A stretch of DNA of 62,891 bases, filler included, from Nemertoderma westbladi (GCA_032718475.1; 5 parts of 5 records of this genome joined end to end with filler, not necessarily neighbours in it); one strand, 5' to 3'. Shown: positions 39,215-52,051, counted from the first letter of the whole stretch. A program made the numbers and translations. Notes: generated by a model from the sequence alone, not told the origin.

Positions 39215-42200
39215 CTAAGTAGTGGGTCTGATTCCATTCAAGGTCGGTTTGAAATCAGCAATATAGTTAGCTTCCGCGTGGATCCACTCATTGTTAGAGC
39301 GGCACTGCCTAAACGCGGCTACCCTCAATTTGTCAAAGTGACATTGTAAGAAATGTTCCAAAATAAGCCTTTCCCCGCTGCCCAACAGGTCGAAAGTTGG
39401 GTCAGTTCGCGATCTATTAATTGCTGACCTGTGACCATTCATTCGTTCACTCAGTAACTGCTCCGTCTGGCCTATATAAAATTTATTCAAGTGGTCACAG
39501 CACCAAATTACATACAAGACGTTCTTAGAGATACAGCTAAAGGACCCCACAATCCGCTCTCCCCAGAGTGTAGTTCTCAAATCCTCGATAGAATCACAAG
39601 TCTTACACCGGTCCCGTTCACACCTCCTGTTGCCTGTCCAGGTCGGTGGTTCACGCTTCCTTATCAACAGGTGTCCGATATTCGGTGATGATTTAGCTAT
39701 CACCGTGGTGTCTACGCCCAAAATCCGTAAGTCATCCATGAAAGCCTTTAAAACCTTACCCAACCGGTCTTTATAAAGCTTCGGTACCACTAATGGTATC
39801 ATGTTAACAGGCTCGTTAATTCTTCTCCCCTTCAAACCTCTCGAGTACAGACGATCATCCCTAAACGCTTCCAGTAAATCTATCGGGTAACCCGAAATAT
39901 AACAGTCTGTAAGATACCGATCACGGGCCGCCACGTAGTTCTCCAAACTACTTGAGAGGCGGGCGAAACGTAACAGTTGGCCCTTGACTACGCCGTCCAG
40001 GGTAGTCCCCGTATGGTCGCTCATGTAAGGAATGGGAAGTTTGTTAGAGAGTGGTTTGAAATATACACTGGTCTCCAACTTCCTTGATTCCACATCATGC
40101 GTAATGTTTAAATCGAGAAACACTGAACTGGAACTCGAAAACTCGAAAGTAAACTGTATCTCGCTGGAACCGAATAACTCCATCGAAGCGTTGTTATAAG
40201 TCGACATAATTTCTTCCATCTTCTGCTTGGTAAGTCTCCCCTTAAAAATAGACTGACCGTCATCCACGAAAGACTTAAAATAAACCGCGTTGAAAATCGC
40301 TATCAGATCCACGTGCTTATGTAGCCTGTTGACCGTCAACACAGCCGTCGATTTTCCACTAACGCCCCCCATCGCTAATCCCTTAATTAGAATGTAAAAC
40401 GCCTTCTTATAAGCAAAATAATTATGTTCTAGAACGTATCCTAGGAGTATTATCAGCTGGGCAATGGTTAAACCCGATGCTTCCACAATGTCTTCATTCT
40501 CTACCAGAACCTGTTCCATAGCAGCCAGTGCTATATGGTGTGGTATACAGGGATACATATCAGTAACATCTAAAGTCATGAACGTCACTTCATCGAAAGT
40601 ATCGCTTGGTAACAGTTCTCTCGCCTCCCTAGAGTCCTTAATGTAATGATCCATCCTACAACAAATGGGTTGAAACACAGAATTGAGTAACTTACCCGCT
40701 GGCTCAATGATAGTCCCCCCCGAAGATATTATTAAACGCGCTTTCGGTAGCTTCCTGGTTCCAGCGGCATTCATGAGCCAAGTAGCTTCATCCTTATGAT
40801 CCTTATAGAGTTGATAAGGGTACCCTACATCCGGGTTCTTCGGCACCAAATATTTCTTCAGCTTCTTGTCCTCCAACCCCAAATTATCCACGATAATCTT
40901 CAAATCTGTTAAAAACGCCTTAGTGGGATCCGAAGCGGTAACTTTGTACGACGCGGTATCTCCCAAAATCCTCTTCATTTCATTATCTTTGTCTACCGTG
41001 TCCAGTAAAATCAAATTACCTGTCTTATCACCCCTTACCACCGATAGGTTGGGGTTACGCTTCAATTGTTTAATCACATTAGATTGCTTGTAATTTAAAT
41101 TCGGTGAAACCTTTTGTTCCGGATGACTTCCTGAAACCTTACTTACCTCTCTGTGTAAGGTTGCGACTAATGCTTCCATTGCCTCATCCTGACATTTAGA
41201 AGCAAGCCATCTGTGCTTGTGAGGGATGACAAACTTCCTAAACAGTAACGGTTCCCCCTTCTTCCTGACGTTAAAATCCGGAACGGTCCTACTGATCGGT
41301 ACTCGCCTGCTGGTGGCGGGTCTACTAAACCTCACCGGGGAGTCCTCTTCCTGTGTCGGTAACCCATCCCCTTCCCCCTCACCATGAGAAAAACTGGGAT
41401 CGCCTCGAATCGGTGTACTCGAACGTTGAAAGAGTTTACGCTTTGCAGTAGGCCTCACCCCACCCACGTCGTGTGTGATAACCGTTACATTCGCGTCGTC
41501 GTAATCCCCTGGGGACCACCGGGCGAATTCTGGGTCCCGTTCTGGTAGGAACCACCCCTGGTCCTCCGGGGTCGTAAAGGAAACCTCTGCCAAACTCCCG
41601 TCGCTATCCCCGCCTTTTCCGTCGTCCACGTGGATCACTGTATCTGCTTCCCGTTGCTCCTTCCTCTTCACTGCGTTCCTGATCCTCGAAGCGAACATCG
41701 ATACGCCCGTGTTCGCCTCCATCATACAGCTTCTCTTGCTAGTTGTCCTTGGGATAAAATTTAAACCTAAAGCCAGAACGTCTCGTTGAGGTTTTGTCAT
41801 CGCCGTGCCCGATAGGTTAACTACGTTCCGAATGGGTCCGCTCGAACTTTCAGCTCCCCTTCCCCCACATAACGGGCGGTACTGCAGTCGAGTTGGTACA
41901 AACCAATGAGGGTTTAATTTATTAACCTGCCGCATCTCCTCAAACTTCCTCAATCTAAGTAATTTCCCACTTAAAATCCGTGTTCGTACTGTAAACTCCC
42001 TTCCGCATATCCTTCCTAACCAATATTTAATAAACTTGGTTAAAGTCTCGGCTCGGGTCCTAGAAACGACCGTCGAGAAACACGTTGCGATGTAATCCAT
42101 AATCCTTCTGTGTGTGTGATGCCATTCACGTTGGTAATAACGTAATCTAACATACAACTCACATATATCGATCCGTATAGCTTTGGAAATAAACGTGTCC

Positions 42201-42436
42201 ACTAACCTTCTATATTTAACTACATTATGATCGTAAAAGCTCCTTAAGTAGGTAGGTATTAAGTGCTCCTTCAGACAAGTCTTAAGGAACCTAATCTGTA
42301 ATTGTGCGCGCGTTATCGCTTCCTTCCTCACGAACATGCGCCGAATGCCCAACTGTGCCCATTTAATTAATTTAAAGTTTATTACAAAACGGCATCCAGC
42401 TTCCAGGGGGTTCATGTCAAATAACAACAGTTTCAA
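39215..42436 (-). CDS. Intact Penelope-like polyprotein: RT plus Cys-rich linker plus GIY-YIG endonuclease (true start uncertain; the track start is TTG)
   Basis: LGLNFIP, DKTG, KDHK, RLIIS, LDVTDMYPCIP, GLAMG, FVDD, FLDL, CxxxxCxxC and VLY...YIGQT...R...H motifs. Confidence 0.92.
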   Translation of the reverse strand: MKLLLFDMNPLEAGCRFVINFKLIKWAQLGIRRMFVRKEAITRAQLQIRFLKTCLKEHLIPTYLRSFYDHNVVKYRRLVDTFISKAIRIDICELYVRLRYYQREWHHTHRRIMDYIATCFSTVVSRTRAETLTKFIKYWLGRICGREFTVRTRILSGKLLRLRKFEEMRQVNKLNPHWFVPTRLQYRPLCGGRGAESSSGPIRNVVNLSGTAMTKPQRDVLALGLNFIPRTTSKRSCMMEANTGVSMFASRIRNAVKRKEQREADTVIHVDDGKGGDSDGSLAEVSFTTPEDQGWFLPERDPEFARWSPGDYDDANVTVITHDVGGVRPTAKRKLFQRSSTPIRGDPSFSHGEGEGDGLPTQEEDSPVRFSRPATSRRVPISRTVPDFNVRKKGEPLLFRKFVIPHKHRWLASKCQDEAMEALVATLHREVSKVSGSHPEQKVSPNLNYKQSNVIKQLKRNPNLSVVRGDKTGNLILLDTVDKDNEMKRILGDTASYKVTASDPTKAFLTDLKIIVDNLGLEDKKLKKYLVPKNPDVGYPYQLYKDHKDEATWLMNAAGTRKLPKARLIISSGGTIIEPAGKLLNSVFQPICCRMDHYIKDSREARELLPSDTFDEVTFMTLDVTDMYPCIPHHIALAAMEQVLVENEDIVEASGLTIAQLIILLGYVLEHNYFAYKKAFYILIKGLAMGGVSGKSTAVLTVNRLHKHVDLIAIFNAVYFKSFVDDGQSIFKGRLTKQKMEEIMSTYNNASMELFGSSEIQFTFEFSSSSSVFLDLNITHDVESRKLETSVYFKPLSNKLPIPYMSDHTGTTLDGVVKGQLLRFARLSSSLENYVAARDRYLTDCYISGYPIDLLEAFRDDRLYSRGLKGRRINEPVNMIPLVVPKLYKDRLGKVLKAFMDDLRILGVDTTVIAKSSPNIGHLLIRKREPPTWTGNRRCERDRCKTCDSIEDLRTTLWGERIVGSFSCISKNVLYVIWCCDHLNKFYIGQTEQLLSERMNGHRSAINRSRTDPTFDLLGSGERLILEHFLQCHFDKLRVAAFRQCRSNNEWIHAEANYIADFKPTLNGIRPTT

Positions 42437-42501
42437 CTACTCTCCCATCTCCAGCTTCGGGTCGATTCCCCCAACATATAAAATTGATATTTTTAAAAAA
42501 C

Positions 42502-42540
42502 TACCAACGTTTCATTGCCACTAGGGCCATCATCAGGGTA
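42502..42540 (-). ncRNA. Minimal type I hammerhead ribozyme, copy 3
   Basis: Identical to the other two. Lies ~65 nt upstream of the ORF on the sense strand. Confidence 0.7.
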
Positions 42541-43260
42541 CTACTTATAACGCACGACATAATACAATAGTAGAAACTATAACTATAAATTATAATTTAA
42601 TTCATATATTCACTATAGTAAGCACAGTACAAAAGTGTACGCCTGCCTACCTACGGTACAGTAAGCAGCCTAAATCATGCCGGGTAATGCAATATTAATC
42701 TCCAATTAATACCCAGTTGTTTGCGGGGTATGCAGAATGTACAGTACAGTCAGGGATATAATACGAGCTGATGTCCCAGCTGTAGGCCAGTAATAGCTGG
42801 CATCTCTTTGGACTAACCGGCCCCCAAAATAATAAACGTATTGCATACAGTACAAATAAACATAGTGAAATTACTACATTGTGAAAATTTTTCTAGAATT
42901 AATCCACTATCACACATTTTAAACATAATACATCAAAATTAATACAATGATATAGATTTCTAAATATAAGTATCACGTTGAATATTAGTATAGTAATGTA
43001 AATACTAAACATATAAATGCGATTTTAAACATAATACATCAAAATTAATACAATGATATAGATTTCTAAATTTAAGTATCACGTTGAATATTGTAAATAC
43101 TAAACATATAAATGCGCAAAATTATAAAACATATTACAAAAAAAAGAAGAAAACCAAAAAAAAGAAACCGTAAAGGTGATATCAAGGCTAACAAATAAGT
43201 AACTTCGATCTTACCCCCCCCCCCCCCCCCCCCCTTACGTTCAATAACCCCATTCCTTTT

Positions 43261-45324
43261 CTAAGTAGTGGGTCTGATTCCATTCAAGGTCGGTTTGAAA
43301 TCAGCAATATAGTTAGCTTCCGCGTGGATCCGCTCATTGTTAGAGCGGCACTGCCTAAACGCGGCTACCCTCAATTTGTCAAAGTGACATTGTAAGAAAT
43401 GTTCCAAAATAAGCCTTTCCCCGCTGCCCAACAGGTCGAAAGTTGGGTCAGTTCGCGATCTATTAATTGCTGACCTGTGACCATTCATTCGTTCACTCAG
43501 TAACTGCTCCGTCTGGCCTATATAAAATTTATTAAAGTGGTCACAGCACCAAATTACATACAAGACGTTCTTAGAGATACAGCTAAAGGACCCCACAATC
43601 CGCTCTCCCCATTGTGTAGTTCTCAAATCCTCGATAGAATCACAAGTCTTACACCGGTCCCGTTCACACCTCCTGTTGCCTGTCCAGGTCGGTGGTTCAC
43701 GCTTCCTTATCAACAGGTGTCCGATATTCGGTGATGATTTAGCTATCACCGTGGTGTCTACGCCCAAAATCCGTAAGTCATCCATGAAAGCCTTTAAAAC
43801 CTTACCCAACCGGTCTTTATAAAGCTTCGGTACCACTAATGGTATCATGTTAACAGGCTCGTTAATTCTTCACCCCTTCAAACCTCTCGAGTACAGACGA
43901 TCATCCCTAAACGCTTCCAGTGAATCTATCGGGTAACCCGAAATATAACAGTCTGTAAGATACCGATCACGGGCCGCCACGTAGTTCTCCAAACTACTTG
44001 AGAGGCGGGCGAAACGTAACAGTTGGCCCTTGACTACGCCGTCCAGGGTAGTCCCCGTATGGTCGCTCATGTAAGGAATGGGAAGTTTGTTAGAGAGTGG
44101 TTTGAAATATACACTGGTCTCCAACTTCCTTGATTCCACATCATGCGTAATGTTTAAATCGAGAAACACTGAACTGGAACTCGAAAACTCGAAAGTAAAC
44201 TGTATCTCGCTGGAACCGAATAACTCCATCGAAGCGTTGTTATAAGTCGACATAATTTCTTCCATCTTCTGCTTGGTAAGTCTCCCCTTAAAAATAGACT
44301 GACCGTCATCCACGAAAGACTTAAAATAAACCGCGTTGAAAATCGCTATCAGATCCACGTGCTTATGTAGCCTGTTGACCGTCAACACAGCCGTCGATTT
44401 TCCACTAACGCCCCCCATCGCTAATCCCTTAATTAGAATGTAAAACGCCTTCTTATAAGCAAAATAATTATGTTCTAGAACGTATCCTAGGAGTATTATC
44501 AGCTGGGCAATGGTTAAACCCGATGCTTCCACAATGTCTTCATTCTCTACCAGAACCTGTTCCATAGCAGCCAGTGCTATATGGTGTGGTATACAGGGAT
44601 ACATATCAGTAACATCTAAAGTCATGAACGTCACTTCATCGAAAGTATCGCTTGGTAACAGTTCTCTCGCCTCCCTAGAGTCCTTAATGTAATGATCCAT
44701 CCTACAACAAATGGGTTGAAACACAGAATTGAGTAACTTACCCGCTGGCTCAATGATAGTCCCCCCCGAAGATATTATTAAACGCGCTTTCGGTAGCTTC
44801 CTGGTTCCAGCGGCGTTCATGAGCCAAGTAGCTTCATCCTTATGATCCTTATAGAGTTGATAAGGGTACCCTACATCCGGGTTCTTCGGCACCAAATATT
44901 TCTTCAGCTTCTCGTCCTCCAACCCCAAATTATCCACGATAATCTTCAAATCTGTTAAAAACGCCTTAGTGGGATCCGAAGCGGTAACTTTGTACGACGC
45001 GGTATCTCCCAAAATCCTCTTCATTTCATTATCTTTGTCTACCGTGTCCAGTAAAATCAAATTACCTGTCTTATCACCCCTTACCACCGATAGGTTGGGG
45101 TTACGCTTCAATTGTTTAATCACATTAGATTGCTTGTAGTTTAAATTCGGTGAAACCTTTTGTTCCGGATGACTTCCTGAAACCTTACTTACCTCTCTGT
45201 GTAAGGTTGCGACTAATGCTTCCATTGCCTCATCCTGACATTTAGAAGCGACCCATCTGTGCTTGTGAGGGATGACAAACTTCCTAAACAGTAACGGTTC
45301 CCCCTTCTTCCTGACGTTAAAATC
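43261..45324 (-). pseudogene. Third Penelope ORF copy, in-frame UGA at 43870-43872, 5' part lost in the gap
   Basis: ORFs 43870-45225 and 43261-43848 are in the same frame. Confidence 0.85.
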
Positions 45325-45424
45325 NNNNNNNNNNNNNNNNNNNNNNNNNNNNNNNNNNNNNNNNNNNNTTAATTAATTAANNNNNNNNNNNNNNNNNNNN
45401 NNNNNNNNNNNNNNNNNNNNNNNN

Positions 45425-46700
45425 ATCTATTGAAGAATTTAATGGGGATTTCAAACCTAAAACGGCTTTTAGTTCTCTAGTTATAATGTCTGTCTGCCAA
45501 TGTGTCTGTCAACATGTGAGACAGAGACGACCGACAAACGGACAGACTCCACTCCACTAAATATTACAACTGACATCGGAAATGAAATCATTGATCTACA
45601 TTATATGTACAAAATAAGAAAAAAGCGCTGCCCCCCCCCCCCCCCCCCCCCGCCCCCCACCGCCCCCAACCCCTTAAGGGGGGTAGTCGGAATTGGCAAC
45701 CTTTTAGAAATGTTTAAAATACACCAGAGTACTATATTGGATACCAGGACATATATTCTGAAAGGTAATTGGACGGGCTTTCCATTTCCGTGGTCACACA
45801 CCTAATTCTAATACCCGCTTCTGATTGGCTAAAAGCCAATTTCACGAAATTTTGATTCGTCCGTTCTTAAAATGTATCTCCTCCTACAATTTTGAGTATT
45901 TACGTCTGAAAATTGGCGAGTAGGACAGTAGGTGCACTGACTTATCGACTATCCCTTTAAAGAATCCTTTGAAGAATTTTTGAATTACTTTTTCAAAATG
46001 ATTTTATTCTCTCTTTGTGAAGAATTTTTGAATTACTTTTTCAAAATGATTTTATTCTCTCTTTGTGACACGAAGTCATGACATTTTTATTTTTATAGAC
46101 TACTACAGGTTAATCTAACTTTGTGACTCTGACTTTTTGACTTGCCGCGCAAACTGTCGGTCAATATGAAAGAATGTCAGTTAAATAATGTCCGGCAGTA
46201 ATGATGATGATAAACTAACTAAAAATTATTTCGTTATGAGGTTTTTGGTGTCGGAGATTTCATTTCCAATGTAAATTTGTATGTTTGGTGGATTCTAGGC
46301 TTTCTGTCTGCCTGCCTGTATGTCTGTCTGTCTGCTAGTTGTCCATCCAATTATAATAAATCACACTGCCTGCCTAGCTAAAATATATGTTTTAGGGGTT
46401 TTCTGGGGCGGAGATTTCATTTCTGATGTTATTTTTTGTGTTTGGCTGAATCTAGGATTTGTGTCTGTCACTTTGAAATTTTGATATAAGAACGAAAACT
46501 GCAAATACTGCAAAAAACGGGAAAAAATAACAGGCAAGACTTTGTAAAGTGTTATCATCGGATTCACCGACCTTAAAAAACCCACAAGAATTAAAATAGG
46601 CGTAATTAGACAAATCTCTGGAATTTTGATATGGTACGAAAAGTGCAAGTAGTGAAAAACGTTTTCTCACGACTTTTCACAATTTATTATTGACTTTTAT
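45425..46700. mobile_element. Two adjacent Kolobok-like non-autonomous elements sharing one TTAA (45674-45677); outer limits uncertain
   Basis: ...CCCC TTAA GGGGGGTA... junction. The CTGACATCGGAAATGAAATC motif is shared with 37551. Confidence 0.45.
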
Positions 46701-47249
46701 CTATAACTTTTCAGACCTTTATTCACAGCTTTTAGACGTTTATCCATAGGCTTTTTTCATGAATTTTCCCCTGCTTATAGTTCTATAGATTTTATCCACC
46801 ATTGTTAGATTTTCTTTACCCTATTTGTATATTTTTTCCGGCGTATTTTTAGCAAAACAAAACGGCTAAAACTCTGCTTTTTGGATTATTTAGAGGCTAT
46901 ACTTTGGATCCTAACGGACCTAAAGCACCCCTCACCCGGTTTCTATCTTTTTCCTCATCCCAGAGGTTTTTCTGCAGTGTTACAGTAAGCTATTTCATTT
47001 GTTAGAATGAAGCAATATACAGTATTATTTTGGGAAGAACAGAAAATCACTGTTTTTTTGTACTAAATTGAAAAGTTGTGGATGTCCGTAAATAACAAGT
47101 CATTGAAGGACCGTGTTCTAGTGGAAATATTTTATGTTAGCCGGAAAACCAAAACACTAAGCAAAAGTTAGGCACTACCTGGAACCTTTTTGAGATTCAA
47201 AGCCGTTTAGGAGCTTATCGTGCCAAGGAGCACGAGAAATCCATTACAG

Positions 47250-48131
47250 TCACTCCACTCCCTCCCTCACTTCCCATCAACTCACCCACTAACTTCCCCT
47301 CCACTCACCCACTAACTTCCCCTCCACTCACCCACTAACTTCCCCTCCACTCACTAACTTCCCTCCACTCACTCCCCAACTCCCTCCACTCACTCCCCAA
47401 CTTCCCCTCCACTCACCCCCTAACCCCTCCACTCCCTCCCTCACTCCCCATCAACTCAACCACTAACTTCCCCTCCACTCACTAACTTCCCTCCACTCAC
47501 TCCCCAACTTCCTCTCCACTCACCCCCTAACCCCTCCACTCCCTTCCTCACTTCCCATCAACTCACCCACTAACTTCCCCTCCACTCACTCCCTAACTTC
47601 CCCTCCACTCACCCGCTAACTTCCCTCCACTCCCTCCCTCACTTCCCATCAACTCACCCACTAACTTCCCCTCCACTCACTCCCTAACTTCCCCTCCACT
47701 CACCCGCTAACTTCCCTCCACTCCCTCCCTCACTTCCCATCAACTCACCCGCTAACTTCCCCTCCACTCACTCCCTAACTTCCCCTCCACTCACCCACTA
47801 ACTTCCCTCCACTTCCTCCTTCACTTCCCATCAACTCACCCACTAACTTCGCCTCCACTCACTGCCTAACTTCCCCTCCACTCACTCCCTAACTTCCCCT
47901 CAACTCACTCCCGAACTTCCCCTCCACTCACTCCCTAACTTCCCCTCTACTCACTCCCTAACTTCCCCTCTACTCACCCCCTAACCCCGCCCCCTCCACT
48001 CACTCCCTAACTTCCCCTCACTTCCCCTCCACTCACCCACTAACTTCCCTCCACTCCCTCCCTAACTTCCCCTCCACTCAACCACGAACTTCCCTCCACT
48101 CCCTCCCTCACTTCCCATCAACTCACCCATC
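47250..48131. repeat. C-rich degenerate ~23-bp minisatellite (AACTTCCCCTCCACTCACCCACT)n
   Basis: Almost no G on the + strand over ~880 nt. Confidence 0.9.
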
Positions 48132-51100
48132 ACAACTACTCAACCGAGCGAAATGTTTGGTCGATGAGCTTTTGAATGCCTCAGACGCAATATCTGGACT
48201 CCCGACTGTGAATTGTGTTACGGGAATTAAATCCAACTGCGCTTCACTTGATAAGTTTAATTCGGTGTTAGAGTTAGCTGTGCTCACTGCATGGCTCGCC
48301 CCGCTACAATTTACCAACCCATTATACAAACTGCCCAGTCTGTTCGGTGATGCAATGTTCGGTGATTTCTCACTAAATATTTACAAATACATATCTAACT
48401 TAAAACATACCTCGATTTATGTAACACAGGAGCCAGTGTCGGCAGGATTCGGATCAACGAAGAGTCGATGGGCGCGTCTCGCAACCAATAATGACCCAAA
48501 ACGCCTTTGGGCAGCCATCGACTGGAATGGAGAAGTCGTAACTGACCAAGACTCCGGTACTCCTACTGACGATGAGTTTGCCGCACACTATTCAAAGCTA
48601 CTTAATGACTGCACATTTGTTGAACGGGAGATTGTCTCAAGCATAAATATACCATTACTTGACGATGACATACCAATTAACGAGGTCTATAACGCTGCAT
48701 CCAACCTGCGACGCGGGAGAGCTTGTGGCCCTGATGGTATTTCTGCAGATTACCTGAAAGCCTTACCTGTCCAATTATTTTATTTTATTGTATTGTTTTC
48801 ATATTACCTGTCCAATGGCTTTTAACTATTGTTTTTATACTAAACTGTGTTTTTACCTCGGGGCTATATCCTTTGAACTGATTTACACACGATTTGTGTC
48901 TGTGTTTAAGAAAGGAAATAAGTTGATGTTCGCGCTTTCAGACCTTTAGCAGTTTAACCTGCCAAATTTAGGTGTCTTCTAGGTTATAAATCGACTTTAG
49001 CCTATGACGAGTATTTGATACACTACATTAGCCGAAGCCAGCCTATGCGCGACCATTCACCCACTGGATTTACCTGGGAGACTGGATTCGGAAGCTCTGA
49101 CCTTATTGCGGTGTAGGCCTACTGTATTATTCGATTGATCGCTAATATATAATCTCTGACCAATATTATTCACTTTCGGGAAATATTAACAGTTCCTTTA
49201 GGACGTGGCGCTCTAAGTATGTAAACAGAGTTATGACTTACACTAAGCACAACGGGATGGCTATGGATTCACGTATAAAGCGCATTCTTTAGGAAATGCT
49301 TTGTTATCTATCACAATCATGCACACTACCGCACAATGCTGCACACTGATCTGCCGACCTTCACTAATTTTAATCATATATAAGGAGAACGGCAACCGAC
49401 ACATGTAGTGCCTATGAAATAGCATTAGATTCACTCCAAAACCAATATAATGTAAGTCGCAATTGCTATATGTAACCGGTCTCTTACCTTCAGTATATCA
49501 AGAAGATTGGGGTTTTATGATTATTTATCGATATTATCCAAATATAACAATATTCCATCAACTGATATCATTAATAACCGACAGTAAATAGCAGTAAAAT
49601 AATGCGGTGTTTGTATGTGACCAGGTTTGTTATGAGTTCGTTAGATAGATAGATTTGATAGAATAACAGTTATACGTTTCTATGATCAAAGCCGTTCTAA
49701 TGTTTGGCTAAAGTCTGAAACACATAATAATTCCACAGCCGGTGTTCTAGGCTTAGGAAAAATACACACTGACTGAATTGCGTGAGTTTCTATATGCACT
49801 GTCCAACACAAAGAAAATCGCTCTGATTGGCTGAATTGGCTGAGCCGAACAAAGAACCAAAGCTCCTTGCAAAAAGCTCCACGTGGATACAGCTGATAGA
49901 TGTCGTCATCTGAGTTCAGATGTTTAGAGTATTTGAGCTTATTGCGGAGAAAAATGGCTTTTTATGTCCGCTAAAGCACACATGCAGACATAGCGGGCAA
50001 AATCGCTTGTTATGTCCGCTAAAATACCTACTCGGTATATTGCGGAGAAAAATAGCTTGTTACATCCGCAAAAGCTTTTACAGTTGATATGCTCGAATTA
50101 CCGCGGTACAAGTATTATAAATTCTCTAGCTAAGCTCTATGACGCTATGCTTACTTTCAGACTACAATCCCTGGTTGAGACCTCTCCCTGAGCAAGCCGG
50201 TTCATGTAAAGGAAGAGGCTGTTTAGAACAGATCTTAGCACTCCGCCTCCTGTGTAACTATGCCAGAGAAACTAATAAGACCCTGTTTTTGGTATTCATA
50301 GATTTCAAAACTGCATACGATAACGTCAATAGAAATTACTTGTTCCAGATATTACTTGACAGAGGTTGCGGTGGCAGAATGCTCCGTGCATTGCAATCAA
50401 TTTACAAAGGAACACATGCACTGATTGTATCATTGAATAAAGGGCTCCGCCAAAGTTCCCCTGCCAGTGAATATTTGTTTACGTTGCTAATAGATTTATT
50501 TGTCCGTGCCCTACGTTCCCTCACACCCATAGTTGACTAAAGTTGCTACATTCTGTTTTAATAATGGATGACACAGCGGTGCTTGCGACAAATACTGTAG
50601 ATTGGCCGCTTTGGCCAAGCTGGATATACTAATGAATTTATGCAAGTCTTCTGGTATGACATTGAACGATAAGAAATCTATGTTTATGGTGATAAACGGC
50701 ACTCTGAGTGACAGGGAAGATATTATTCTGGAAGAGTATACCATAAAACATACTTCGTCATATATTTATCTTGGCTCACCAAACACCAGTGATGGTTTAG
50801 TATCAACTGCAGTATCCCTCCATGCATCTGCGAAACATTGCCATCGGCTTAAGTACAGCTCATTTCTCATGAAAAACCCGGACATTCCGTTTATGATTAA
50901 AAAACAAGTGTTCAATGCAGCAGTTGTGTCAGCAATAAGATATGGTTGCGAAAAGTGGTTAGTGGCTAATCTGAATGATGTCGAGGCTCTATATATGTCA
51001 ATGGTAAGGAGTTTGCTAGGTGTTAGACCCACCACGTGTGGAGACATAAGTCTCATTGAAGCGGGAATCCCTGACTTGAAATCGTTGGTACGTGAGAGAC

Positions 51101-51632
51101 AACGAAAGTTCCTTACTAAATTCAAGGTTATTGAAGACACCCCTGTTGCTGTCGCAATAGAAATAGTGAAAGATGGAAAAAAATCGATGTCCGCGAAAAT
51201 AGATTCTTTGAAATCAGAACAGCATAATGTTATAGACGTAGGTTCCCGACTCGTCAAGAACAACGTTTCACTTTCAACGAGTACGAAACGCCACCTGTTC
51301 AAGCTAATGAACCCAGACTTAACTTCCCCCAGCTCTATTGTGACCCCTCAGTTCCCGAACTTCATCGCATCCCTTGGACCCGTTTTCGGCTGGGTAGCCA
51401 TAACTTACCAGTAGAACGGATGGGATGGAAGATGGTTAAACCCGAGGACCGAGTTTGTGGATGTGGTGGGATTCAGACCGAAGCCCATATAGTTGTAGAT
51501 TGTCCTATGACAAGGACGTTAAGACGAGAATGCGCACCCCTGTCTTGGTTGTCTATGACTGAGATGTTCTGTCTGGATAACCAAACCAAAATAGCAAAAT
51601 TTATCTCCCAATTAGATAATGTATTCGATTGA
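48132..51632 (+). mobile_element. Decayed non-LTR retrotransposon with an MDD catalytic motif and C-terminal CCHC (possibly Proto2/RTE-related; clade tentative)
   Basis: ACGPDGI, KKG...NYRG, EQAG, FIDFKTAYD, GLRQ, IMDDT (~50561), YLG, YGCE and RLGSH...CGC...EAH...C. Confidence 0.8.
48927..50082 (-). mobile_element. Solo LTR with 5-bp TSD inserted in the LINE RT
   Basis: TG...CA ends; GTTGA at 48922-48926 and 50083-50087. Removing it restores KKGNKLICSNYRG. Confidence 0.88.
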
Positions 51633-52051
51633 GTAAACACCCCCCCCCCCCCCCCCCCCCCCCCGATATATGTAATGTTTGATATCCTTAGTACTGTATT
51701 ATGTGTGTTTGTTGGGAATATAAATATATGTTACTCTAATGTGTATTACATCTGGTCCTCACACGTCTATAATGTTGTTAGCGCATTTGATAAAATATAG
51801 TTCCTTCACTCTTAATTTTCATATATTGTATTGTATTCAAATATTAAAAATTAAAATTAAATTCAATTATTAACTCTTTAAGTTTAGAACTAATCGTACT
51901 TATATATCAGCTTATCAGTAAGGAGCATAGCCAATAAGGCAATTATACAAGCTGGATATGCAGATAATGGCACTAGATGGCGTCAAAACCCTTAGTAAAG
52001 CATAATTTAAACAAAATAGTCGATATTATATCGTAACCGACTTTATCAATA

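Larger units (their letters stand above)
33281..45324 (-). mobile_element. Head-to-tail tandem array (~4.05-kb unit) of a Penelope-like element, Neptune-type
   Basis: ORF stops recur at 34287, 39215 and 43261. Two complete units plus two partial ones; the right side ends at a gap. Confidence 0.93.
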
